A stretch of 64,000 nt of DNA. It comes from Candidatus Obscuribacterales bacterium (GTDB taxonomy: Bacteria; Cyanobacteriota; Vampirovibrionia; Obscuribacterales; Obscuribacteraceae). Below are positions 20,528 to 29,195 of this stretch, one piece after another. The stretch spans positions 1,216,001 to 1,280,000 of the forward strand of contig CBDDIJ010000002.1 of assembly GCA_965228855.1 (NCBI GenBank), in the 5' to 3' direction. The position numbers and the translations under genes were made by a program. The stretch's first letter is position 1; each line of letters begins with the position of its first letter. A model generated the notes under the pieces. The model did no database searches and was not told the origin of the DNA. It was given only the letters and a program-made list of their open reading frames with translations.

Positions 20528-20959
20528 ATGTTTCCAACAAATTTAGAGGCGATCAATATTCTTGTAGCAGGTAAAAGTCAGGCAAACGTTGACCTGGCGA
20601 AGGCTGCTTACCAGGGAATGGACTATCAAGTAATTCCTGCGCCGGGAACGTCACTTGCTTTGTTTCTCGCGCAGAAGAATTACCCCGATTTGATCATTTG
20701 CGATGGCACACTCACTGACGGAGATGGAATCACGTTTCTAAGTGAGCTCAAGGCTGATCCGGAGTTGGCGGAGATTCCGTTTGTATTTTTAGTGGATAAA
20801 CTGCATGGCGGTTTAGATGAAAACCTTGCCATCACATCCGGTGCCGTCAATGTTTTCTATCATCCTATAGAAGCTGCCTGGCTGAAGGAATGCACGGTGC
20901 CGATCATTACCCACCGTTCTCAAACCAAAGAAAAGCGAGCTGAACAAACGCCTGAGTAG
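20528..20959 (+). CDS. Atypical stand-alone receiver (CheY-like) domain
   Basis: YPDLIICD...DG..FL..LK.DP....IPFVFL; the acidic pair after beta1 and the conserved Lys (KP>HP) are missing. Confidence 0.8.
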   Translation: MFPTNLEAINILVAGKSQANVDLAKAAYQGMDYQVIPAPGTSLALFLAQKNYPDLIICDGTLTDGDGITFLSELKADPELAEIPFVFLVDKLHGGLDENLAITSGAVNVFYHPIEAAWLKECTVPIITHRSQTKEKRAEQTPE

Positions 20960-20992
20960 CAGGCCCGAAGAAAGTCCTTCTCATTGCAAACG

Positions 20993-21022
20993 AAAAGCGC
21001 CCGGCTTCCGCAAACCGAGCGC
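20993..21022 (-). terminator. Rho-independent terminator
   Basis: Minus strand GCGCTCGGTTT-GCGG-AAGCCGGGCGC followed by TTTTCGTTT. Confidence 0.75.
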
Positions 21023-21045
21023 CCATCGTTGTTTTGCCCAATCCT

Positions 21046-21071
21046 GCATTCGGCTTCCGCAAACCGAATGC
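21046..21071 (-). repeat. Second hairpin sharing a 16-nt core with the terminator
   Basis: Minus strand GCATTCGGTTT-GCGG-AAGCCGAATGC; core CGGTTTGCGGAAGCCG is identical to that of the first hairpin. Confidence 0.75.
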
Positions 21072-21095
21072 TCTTCCTTGTGGCCCACTAAAACC

Positions 21096-22721
21096 CTATT
21101 TTTGTTGTTCCGGTTTCACGTACATCGTATACAGCTCATTGGCTTTAGCTGCTTGGCGCAAGCTTTCCATTGATATGGTGCTGTTTGCTACTTCTCGTGT
21201 GTTGCGAATTGTGCCGCGAGGACCGTAGTTGTCTTGTACGGTGTAGGTTCCTCTCAGGCGTCTGACATCCTGGCTGTCCCAGTTGTTGATCAGGTCTTGA
21301 ATATAAGCTCTGTTTTGCGGTGTGAATTGACCGCTGCCGACGTCTCCGTTGCGCGAACGCCAGTCGTATTCTTCAACGTAGCGTTTCAGATCCTTCTTGC
21401 TGACTTCACCGTCGATATCACCCTTGATACCATCGAGTACATTGAAAAGTGAGTCGTTGGGATGGCCGCTTCCGGTTTCGAACATCGGCGCCATGATGTC
21501 TCTCGAGTGAGCGGTGGCGAGGTCCTGGGTGTAGCGAGCCTGCCGTCCGGCTTCGTTGGTCTCGAATGTCGATTGCGCGTTGCGAACATTTCTGTCCAGA
21601 TCTTTTTGATTTACGACTTTTCCGTTTCCTGACAGAGTATCGAATTCATCTTGAATCTGGTGCAGTTTATGGAAACTGTCTTTGTTTCTGGTTGTGCGGA
21701 TACCGAGGTCGGTTTCACCGCGATTGACCGCATCATCGCCGGTGATGTCATAGCGTTTGAGGTTGTTGCGCCCCCAACCGCTCAAGTCGGCTGCCGATGC
21801 GATTCTTTCAGCTTCAGCGTCGCGAGCCATTTTGTCTTCGAGGCGAGGATCGGATACCGCTTTACTGAAGTGTTTCGGAGGTGTAACTTCGAGAACCATC
21901 TCGGAACGTACTGTCGGAGCTTCTTTGCGTGGTGCCAGTTTTGCGTCTACAAAGCGACCGAACAGTTGTTCTTGTCCGACACCGCCGGCTTGAGCGAGAC
22001 TCTCCATGCTCAGTGTGCTGTTGGTGACTTCACGATCGTCGGACGTAGTCCAGTGTCCACGGAGGTTCTTAACTTCAGGACTGTTCCAGTTATCCAGTAA
22101 GTTCTGAACGACTTGACGCGATTTTTCGTTGAACTGTCCCGAATTGACATCGCCGTAGCGTGCGCGGCGGTCGTATTCATCCATATACTTTTCGAGGTCA
22201 CGCTTGCTGATTTCTCCATCCGGCTTGCGGTCTCTCATCGTATCCAGTACGCGGAATAGCGAACCGTTGGGGTTGCCGTCCGGGGTGGCAAACAGTGGTT
22301 TCATCATGCCACGAGCGTGGGCTTGTTGTTGTTCGAGCATCTCTTGCTGCCGGCGCGCCATCTCGTTTTCCTGAGCTTGCTTTACTTCGCTCTCGAAGTT
22401 TCTTTGCAGGTCTTTGACAGAGATCGCGTCCTTTCTTCCCTTGAGGTGAGGGAACTGTTCTTCCATGAGCGTGAGCATCTCACGGTCCTGTTTTGATCCG
22501 CTTGTGCGCAGTCCGAGGTCGATCTCTCCGAGATTGACGCGGTCGTCTCCTGAAACATCGAAGCGGTTGAGATTGTTTGTGCCCCAGTTAAGCAACTTGC
22601 CTGCCTGGTCAACTCTGGCGTCGTCTTGAAGTCTAGCTAGTGTGCGCGGATCGGAATTTTGGGCATCAGGTTTGCCGGCGTCGGGTTTAACCCGGACGTC
22701 AAAGTCTTCATATCCAGACAT
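21096..22721 (-). CDS. Internally duplicated protein with EF-hand-like loops
   Basis: Two ~230-aa repeats (WG.NNL.R.D..GDD.VN.GE.DLG.RT; SLF.VLD....DGE.SK.DL..Y..EYD.R); AGGAG RBS; no signal peptide. Confidence 0.85.
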   Translation of the reverse strand: MSGYEDFDVRVKPDAGKPDAQNSDPRTLARLQDDARVDQAGKLLNWGTNNLNRFDVSGDDRVNLGEIDLGLRTSGSKQDREMLTLMEEQFPHLKGRKDAISVKDLQRNFESEVKQAQENEMARRQQEMLEQQQAHARGMMKPLFATPDGNPNGSLFRVLDTMRDRKPDGEISKRDLEKYMDEYDRRARYGDVNSGQFNEKSRQVVQNLLDNWNSPEVKNLRGHWTTSDDREVTNSTLSMESLAQAGGVGQEQLFGRFVDAKLAPRKEAPTVRSEMVLEVTPPKHFSKAVSDPRLEDKMARDAEAERIASAADLSGWGRNNLKRYDITGDDAVNRGETDLGIRTTRNKDSFHKLHQIQDEFDTLSGNGKVVNQKDLDRNVRNAQSTFETNEAGRQARYTQDLATAHSRDIMAPMFETGSGHPNDSLFNVLDGIKGDIDGEVSKKDLKRYVEEYDWRSRNGDVGSGQFTPQNRAYIQDLINNWDSQDVRRLRGTYTVQDNYGPRGTIRNTREVANSTISMESLRQAAKANELYTMYVKPEQQK

Positions 22722-22927
22722 GGTGTCTCTATCTCCTAAAATAGAATCAGCACGCCGAGAGCGGATCGGTCGCGTGATATTGAGTGGATGTGAGCAGCGA
22801 TAAATTGCTTAAGTGCAGAGCGTACTGAGTATTATGCAAACTGCCTGGCCGCTTGTCAGCAGGGAAAATACGTATTCACAAAAAAGATCCATTTGGTTTT
22901 TGTGAAAACTATGGATATTGTTGAGTT

Positions 22928-24886
22928 TTAGGGCTTTTCCCCCGGTTTTGAGACTTGATTTGAGGACGAAACCAACTGCGCTTCTGTTCGCCTTATGAGG
23001 TCACGCAGGTCAGACGGTTTGAGAGGCGGTTGGTGCGGGCGAGAGGCGTTCTCCGAGCGATACTTTGATATTTGAGCCAGGGCGGAACCTGTTGCTCCGC
23101 CATCGGGAGCAATCTGCTTGTAGCGCTCCAGGTCTTTAGCGGCGTCCTCGAATTTGCCTAAGCAGAAATAGGCGATTCCTCTTATAAAGTACGGTTTGGA
23201 TTTGTCCGGCTCCTTTTCGATTTGGCGTGTGGCAACCATGATGCAATCCAGGAGTTCCTGGGCGCTCAAGCGCTGATACTTTCCGTCTGGGGTTGCGACA
23301 GCTTTTGCAATGTTCGTTTTTCGCCGAGGCGACAAGGGCTTGGACGCGCGCGCCGCCGGTGAAGAGAGTTTTGTTACTCGCAGCGTTTTTCTGGAGTCTG
23401 CATCGTCGCGGGTCGATAGAGATCGTGTTGCGGAAACTATCGTCAATTTAGGTGACGGCGACCTTGTTCTCAGCTGTCTGGTCAACACCCGAACACCTCG
23501 ATCCGGAGCGGTTTTTCTTGCATCATAAGTGCCGTTCTTCAAAAAGATAAAAGCAAGTTCTGGAGCGAGTCTAATCGCTTCATCCAGATGGCTGTTCGCG
23601 GTCTGGTCGCCGAGTTCGTTAAGAGTGGCTCCCAGATTGAATTCGGCTATTGCGAGTGAATCCGGACTGGCTGAAGCTTTGTATCTGAAAGATTCCTCGA
23701 GCGCTTTTTTTGCCTCAGGAAACCGGCGCGCTCGACGAAGCGCCGCCCCCAGAGCTTGATAGCCATATGGACTGGATGGCGCAAGCGCGTATGCTTTTCG
23801 TGCGTCTTTGATTGAGTCGTCGAAGCGTCCAACGCGGGACAAGGCTGCCGAGCGATTTATATACGCGTCAACGTAGTCGGGATTGAGCTGTATCAGAAGA
23901 TCGAAGTCGCGTATTGCTTCAAAGGGGCGGTCTATGTCGAGGTTGGCTATGGCTCGCGCATTGAGTGCTTCTGCGGATCGCGGCTCCATGAGGAACGCTC
24001 GCGTAGCATCGGCGAGTTCTAAATCTGTTTTTTTCAACAATGCATAGATCTTTGACCTTACGCGATACCCACCGGCGAAAGTCGGGTCTAGCAAGACGGC
24101 CACGTTTGCGTAATTCAGCGCGTCCTGGTGTTTGCCAATGGCGCTGAGGTTTTCTGCGTAGCTTTTAAGTGCAAGAACATCGCGTGGAAATGCTGTAAGT
24201 AGTTCGACATCTGCGGCTAGAGCTTCGTCTGTCCGTTTGTTCTCCTGAAGTTTTTCGATCTTCTCGCTCAGCGAATCCAGTAATTTCTGACGGGCTGCTA
24301 GAAGCGTTTTCCCTTTGGTTAGAAACTGTTGCGATTCTATTCCTTTTCCGTGATCCTGGTAGTATGCCGCTTTGGCGAGGTAGGCGTCGGGGACGTTGGC
24401 GTTTAAACTCAAAGCGCGGTCAATTTCATCCAACCCTTCTTTGGGCCGTTTCATCAGCAAGTACAAACGGCCGAGCGTATTGTGCAGGTGCGCGTGCTCC
24501 GGGCACAGCGCCAGCGCGCGCTTCAGGTCGGCCAGGGCCGCTGTTTGCTGTTTTAAGTGAAAACGGCTGAGCGCTCTAATTTCCAGAGCCTCTGCATAGA
24601 GCCGTTTCTGCAAGTCACTACATTTAGTATCAGCGCGCAGCAAGGGTATAACTTTCGAACAGCTTTGAACCGGCTCTTTATCCAGTCTCTTTAAGAGCTC
24701 AGACATTCGCGCATCGGCTTGCTTGAAAAATCCGGTTTCTTGCAAATAAATACCGTAGCCGAAATCTGTTAGATCCTGAAACAACATATCGTCTGAAGTC
24801 GCCGCTGCTGCCGGCTTACACGCAGACGAAAAAACAACTAGCGTTGTAGCGATAGATTGAAAGACTCGTTTGGAAAACGAATTCAA
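22928..24886 (-). CDS. TPR-repeat protein, probably exported
   Basis: Many TPR motifs (A..NR......A..D...A..L.P); N-terminal signal; starts 1 nt after the TetR stop. Confidence 0.85.
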   Translation of the reverse strand: MNSFSKRVFQSIATTLVVFSSACKPAAAATSDDMLFQDLTDFGYGIYLQETGFFKQADARMSELLKRLDKEPVQSCSKVIPLLRADTKCSDLQKRLYAEALEIRALSRFHLKQQTAALADLKRALALCPEHAHLHNTLGRLYLLMKRPKEGLDEIDRALSLNANVPDAYLAKAAYYQDHGKGIESQQFLTKGKTLLAARQKLLDSLSEKIEKLQENKRTDEALAADVELLTAFPRDVLALKSYAENLSAIGKHQDALNYANVAVLLDPTFAGGYRVRSKIYALLKKTDLELADATRAFLMEPRSAEALNARAIANLDIDRPFEAIRDFDLLIQLNPDYVDAYINRSAALSRVGRFDDSIKDARKAYALAPSSPYGYQALGAALRRARRFPEAKKALEESFRYKASASPDSLAIAEFNLGATLNELGDQTANSHLDEAIRLAPELAFIFLKNGTYDARKTAPDRGVRVLTRQLRTRSPSPKLTIVSATRSLSTRDDADSRKTLRVTKLSSPAARASKPLSPRRKTNIAKAVATPDGKYQRLSAQELLDCIMVATRQIEKEPDKSKPYFIRGIAYFCLGKFEDAAKDLERYKQIAPDGGATGSALAQISKYRSENASRPHQPPLKPSDLRDLIRRTEAQLVSSSNQVSKPGEKP

Positions 24887-24887
24887 A

Positions 24888-25508
24888 TCAGGCTTTCAGA
24901 ACGTTGTTGAACATCACTTCAATAAACATATCGAGCGGTCCGCAGCACTTGGTAGTCTTAGCGCGCATCATCGCCCCTTCCCAGCCGGAAAGAAACAGTT
25001 CCGCCATCGAATGAGGCGAAAATGACTTGTTGATTTCTCCGCGGTTTTGACCCTCTTCAATACAGCTTGCGAACAGATCTCTCCACTTGGACATTACTTG
25101 ACCGAGTGCCTGGCGCAAAGATTCGCTCTGATCCGCCATCTCCTGAGAGAGGTTTCCAACCAGGCACCCGCGTCTACACTCATTGGAATAGAACTTCTCT
25201 TTCGATTGCTCGCAGTGTTGGCGCAGTCGCTCGAGCGGTGACACTTCGGGATTGCGCAGTGTACGAAGTAGATTAGCCGTGTTCGCCTGATCAAAATGAG
25301 CGATGATCTGCAAGGCAAAATCTTCTTTGCTATCGAAATAGTGATAGAACGAGCCTTTTGGCACGCCGATCCGGGAAAGAACTTCCTGAATTCCGGTGTT
25401 CGTGTAACCTTTCTCGATCATCACATCCATGCCGGTTTCGAGGAGGGCGGTTTTGGTGTCCTGTTTCGTAGATGCTCTTGGTGTCATTGGTTGCTGAACT
25501 TGGCTCAT
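24888..25508 (-). CDS. TetR-family regulator, NemR-like
   Basis: HTH GVPKGSFYHYFDSKE; C-terminal GCLVGNLSQE and WEGAMMRAK; several Cys. Confidence 0.9.
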   Translation of the reverse strand: MSQVQQPMTPRASTKQDTKTALLETGMDVMIEKGYTNTGIQEVLSRIGVPKGSFYHYFDSKEDFALQIIAHFDQANTANLLRTLRNPEVSPLERLRQHCEQSKEKFYSNECRRGCLVGNLSQEMADQSESLRQALGQVMSKWRDLFASCIEEGQNRGEINKSFSPHSMAELFLSGWEGAMMRAKTTKCCGPLDMFIEVMFNNVLKA

Positions 25509-25545
25509 AGTTAAGACTCACTTTCTATATTAACATATTCCCAAC

Positions 25546-25560
25546 TAGACCGGTCGTATA
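25546..25560. promoter_or_regulatory. Putative TetR operator 1 (TAGACCGGTCGTATA)
   Basis: TAGAC-N5-GTATA, about 40 nt upstream of the TetR start; near-identical to copies 2 and 3. Confidence 0.75.
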
Positions 25561-25724
25561 TCGTCGCTGACCATTTGTTTGACTGTGGCGTGTGCAGCAC
25601 GTCTTCGCATTGTTTTAGCGAGGAACTCATCTGCGAAAAGCCAGAGGACGATGCCGCTCAGTAGTATTTCCCAGAAATTTTCGAATAACATGGCAGTTTC
25701 TCCAGTAGTGGTGGTTTTGTTGAC

Positions 25725-25958
25725 TCAGGCGACTTGATCCTTGTAATTAGACCGGTCGACTAATTTAGAGACAAAAAATTTGGGACCAAATTTCATTTCC
25801 AGGCTGTGCTTCTTTGCGTAGGCGGTTTCGGACGCGATTTGCCTGCTGCGCAGCTGGCGCTTCCAGATTTGTCCAAGAATAGCAGGGCATTCAGTTTTGC
25901 CCGAATCGTCGCCGTCGCATTCGATGATCTGTAGAGGGAGTTGTTCGTCATTAAACAT
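25725..25958 (-). CDS. Small hypothetical protein (77 aa)
   Basis: GAGG RBS before the ATG at 25958; lies directly downstream of a TTGACA-N18-TATTCT promoter. Confidence 0.55.
   Translation of the reverse strand: MFNDEQLPLQIIECDGDDSGKTECPAILGQIWKRQLRSRQIASETAYAKKHSLEMKFGPKFFVSKLVDRSNYKDQVA
25748..25762. promoter_or_regulatory. Putative TetR operator 2 (TAGACCGGTCGACTA)
   Basis: Inside the 3' end of the small ORF; flanks extend the palindrome as AATTAG...CTAATT. Confidence 0.6.
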
Positions 25959-25994
25959 TGGAGTTACCTCTTGAGTGGTGGCGTTGACATCACT

Positions 25995-26024
25995 AGAATA
26001 GACCGGTCGTCTACTAATTGTCAA
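25995..26024 (-). promoter_or_regulatory. Sigma70-type promoter overlapped by TetR operator 3 (TAGACCGGTCGTCTA, 25999-26013)
   Basis: Minus strand TTGACA-N18-TATTCT with a TAGAC-N5-GTCTA palindrome in the spacer and -10. Confidence 0.75.
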
Positions 26025-26240
26025 CCCACCCCGTTAATGTTTTCGATGATCGCTGGAAACCGCTCTCAATAACCAACGGAAAGTAAGGCAGTCTTAGCGA
26101 AATCGGGTGATGGTTTAACTAGTCCTTTCAAATGCGGGAAACATATTTCGCGTAACTTTTGTCTTCTGGCTACGTATGTGGAGGCGGCAGGTGTGGTTGA
26201 ATTGTCTGCTGCTCAGCAGGAGCGTTTTAAGGAGGTCACG

Positions 26241-26915
26241 ATGTTAGGTTCAGTTCGTAACGCATTTATAGGTACGGTAGCTTTCGGCGTCATGGTCGGT
26301 TCGCCGACTGTAGTTCAAGCGGCTGATTACACGCTTGACCCTTATCATTCAAAAGCTGAATTCTCAGTTCGCCACATGATGATTTCCAACGTGAGCGGTG
26401 AATTCGCCAAAGTCACGGGAACCGCTCAGTACGACGGAAAGGATGTGAAGTCTATCAAAGTCGATGCGACTATCGACGCGAACTCGATAGACACCGGTAA
26501 TGAAGACCGCGATAAGCACTTGCGCAACAAGGATTTTTTCGATACCGAAAAGTATCCGACCATCAAGTTCGTTTCGAAGTCTGCTAAGCCAGCGGGCAAA
26601 GGTCAATTTAAACTGACAGGCGATCTCACCATGCATGGTGTCACGAAGCCGGTTACGCTTGATGTGGAAGGACCGACTCCTGAGATAAACGATAAGCATG
26701 GCAACATGAAGCTTGGCGCGGAAGCCAAGACTGTTATCAACCGCAAGGATTTTGGAATCAGCTATGGTGGCTTGATGGATAATGGCGGCGCTGCTGTTTC
26801 AGACGAAGTCAAGATCACGCTGAACATCGAACTCTCCCGTCCGGCGGAAAAGAAAGCAGAGGGCAGCGATAAGAAAACGGAAGGCGCAGATAAGAAAGCT
26901 CAAGCTACTAAGTAG
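26241..26915 (+). CDS. yceI: YceI-family (polyisoprenoid-binding) periplasmic protein
   Basis: AAGGAGG RBS, signal peptide, Y.LDP.HS...F.VRH, RDKHLR..DFFD..KYP.I.F, GDLTMHGVTK. Confidence 0.93.
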   Translation: MLGSVRNAFIGTVAFGVMVGSPTVVQAADYTLDPYHSKAEFSVRHMMISNVSGEFAKVTGTAQYDGKDVKSIKVDATIDANSIDTGNEDRDKHLRNKDFFDTEKYPTIKFVSKSAKPAGKGQFKLTGDLTMHGVTKPVTLDVEGPTPEINDKHGNMKLGAEAKTVINRKDFGISYGGLMDNGGAAVSDEVKITLNIELSRPAEKKAEGSDKKTEGADKKAQATK

Positions 26916-26941
26916 ATGATCGATCTAAACAGCGAAAGTTG

Positions 26942-26973
26942 AAGAAAGCGCGCTCGCATGGGCGCGCTTTCTT
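26942..26973. terminator. Bidirectional Rho-independent terminator
   Basis: AAGAAAGCGCGC...GCGCGCTTTCTT between convergent genes. Confidence 0.85.
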
Positions 26974-26990
26974 GTAGGAACGTTCTCGAC

Positions 26991-29195
26991 TTACGCGGGT
27001 AACGTGATTGCAAAACCGTCTCTGCCGTCTCTTGATTCAATCCGGAGAGTCCCACGATGACCTTCAACTGTTGCTCTTGCCAGTGCAAGACTCAACCCAC
27101 TGACCGTCCATGTGTCGTGCTGAGCAAGGTCGACGATTGCGTATCTCTTCAAGCATGTCTCTCTTGTCTGCTCGGGGATGATGCATCCGGGTGTGGTAAT
27201 GAAAAGGGAAACACGTCCGGGAGTGCGTTCCACATTGACCAAAACATCACTCGAATGATCGCTGAAGCGGAGTATTGCCAGCGCGAAGCTGACTATGGCA
27301 AGAACCAGTCTCTCGACATCGGCTCGAAATGGCATATGCGCACCCGGTGTATCGCAAGTGATGGTGCGGTTTTTATCGGGGCACATCTCGTTCAAACTAT
27401 CATTCGCTAGTGAGACCAGTTTCAACGCGGTCGTTTCTTGCGTTTCGAATGCGAATGCGCCCGACTCAATTTTTTCCAGGTCAAGGAAGTCGTTGATAAG
27501 GCAAACGAGCTTGCCTACTTTGTTTTCAGCTTGGACAAGCGTTTCGAATTCAACCTGCTCCTCGGCAGTTTTAGACTTTTCTTTCCGGTCCTCCATCTGC
27601 GCTGCCATCATGCCGAGAGTGCCATGAAGTGATGTTAGTGGAGAACGCAAATCGTGGCTGATCATGGAGATGAAGTCACGTTTTACGTTTTCAATCTCGC
27701 GCCTCGTCGTGATGTCTTGGAGAACGGCAAGAAAATATTCTTTGTCATGATTGGAGTATCGGTTTGCCATAAAAGACACCGCCAGCGGTGACTTGTCTTT
27801 TCGATATGACTGCAGCTCAAGTGGATGTGTTGCCGCCGCTTTGACGATGGCAGCGTCATCTGCGCCTCCTGTGGAGCTGCCGGTAAACAGGATGCTAAAC
27901 TCTCGACCGAGCAATTCATTGGCATGATACTGAAACATTTTTGTTGTAGTCGGATTTGCGGAGGTGATCTGAAATGCGTTGTTTAGCGATAGCACTGAAA
28001 GCGGCAAGCTATCAATTATTTTTCTGAATCTCTCTTCGCTTTCGCGCATCAACCGCCGAACCCGATTTCTTTCAGTAATGTCGTGCGCGATCAAGACTGC
28101 CGAGCTGTGATCTTCTCCCGGCTGGGCTGACCATAACAAGTCCAGATGCTCGCCATCTTTTTTGCGAATTGTGTTTTCAAAGGAAACCGATTGCCCCTGA
28201 TAGAAAAGCAGGTCGATTGCTTCCAGCGTTCGCTCAGTACTTTCCGTTTGAGTGAGTGAGCTAAGACGTCTTCCAATCAGGTCATCAGGACTGTATCCCC
28301 AGAGTCCACTGCTTGTCTGATTCACCTCTATAAAGACACCTTTGTCGTTCAAAGAACAGATGAACTCGGCTGCGTTTTCCAGAATCGTTCGTTCCTTACT
28401 TTTATAGTCGTCCAGAATGTGTCCGAGATCGCGAATGGCGTTGTCGAGCTGGGCAATTTCGTCATCGCCGGTGATTGGCGCAGCAAGCGGTTTTCCCATT
28501 GCAAGATTGACGGTATTGTCGGCGACGATTTTGAGACGCTTAGTCACTTGCACGAATACGTATCGGAAAAGCAAGAGTGCAATTCCTAGATTGATCGATA
28601 CGCCAATCGCCAGGGTGAACACAATCATTCCAACTGATTGGGTCTTGAGTTCATCACTGGCGGCCTGTTCAGTCCGTGAGAATTTGACTAGAAGTTTTTC
28701 AAGTCGTTCTGTAGTTGAATTCGACGCTTCTTGAAGTTTATACAGCAGGAAATAATGTTCACGAGACTCGGTGAGTTTGTTCCTCAGCTTTTGCATGAGG
28801 TCAACTCCCTCTTGATAGTTGTCGAGGAGATCTTCAAAGTCTTTTTTAACTTCGGGGTAGTCTCGAAAGTCACGTTTCAACTGCGTGAATTCCCTCGGAT
28901 AGCCGGCCGCGATATCCGTAAAACCCTGTGTGTATTTCTGCGGACTTCGTTGATGCGAGTGGGTCGTCACATTTTCCAGAACTTCAAGTGTCATGCTCTG
29001 GGTAAGATTCGACAATCGACTGAGTCTTCCGACGATGTTTTTAGCGCGCTTGACCTTTTCCATCTGCGAGAATGTGTCGTTGATCATCAAGCCGAGATAG
29101 CCTGCGAAAGCCGTTTGCAGCAGTGCGATTGTGCCGCAGAGAATCAGCATTCTTCTGCTGAGATTCGAAGTGGGTTTTCGCTCCGCGATGCTCAT
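26991..29195 (-). CDS. Sensor kinase-like protein (TM-sensor-TM-HAMP-2xPAS) with intact H-box and degenerate ATP-binding domain
   Basis: ISHDLRSPL present; N-box reads LAIVSFALAILRFS, G1 ITTPGCIIP, G2 VSGLSL. Confidence 0.88.
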   Translation of the reverse strand: MSIAERKPTSNLSRRMLILCGTIALLQTAFAGYLGLMINDTFSQMEKVKRAKNIVGRLSRLSNLTQSMTLEVLENVTTHSHQRSPQKYTQGFTDIAAGYPREFTQLKRDFRDYPEVKKDFEDLLDNYQEGVDLMQKLRNKLTESREHYFLLYKLQEASNSTTERLEKLLVKFSRTEQAASDELKTQSVGMIVFTLAIGVSINLGIALLLFRYVFVQVTKRLKIVADNTVNLAMGKPLAAPITGDDEIAQLDNAIRDLGHILDDYKSKERTILENAAEFICSLNDKGVFIEVNQTSSGLWGYSPDDLIGRRLSSLTQTESTERTLEAIDLLFYQGQSVSFENTIRKKDGEHLDLLWSAQPGEDHSSAVLIAHDITERNRVRRLMRESEERFRKIIDSLPLSVLSLNNAFQITSANPTTTKMFQYHANELLGREFSILFTGSSTGGADDAAIVKAAATHPLELQSYRKDKSPLAVSFMANRYSNHDKEYFLAVLQDITTRREIENVKRDFISMISHDLRSPLTSLHGTLGMMAAQMEDRKEKSKTAEEQVEFETLVQAENKVGKLVCLINDFLDLEKIESGAFAFETQETTALKLVSLANDSLNEMCPDKNRTITCDTPGAHMPFRADVERLVLAIVSFALAILRFSDHSSDVLVNVERTPGRVSLFITTPGCIIPEQTRETCLKRYAIVDLAQHDTWTVSGLSLALARATVEGHRGTLRIESRDGRDGFAITLPA

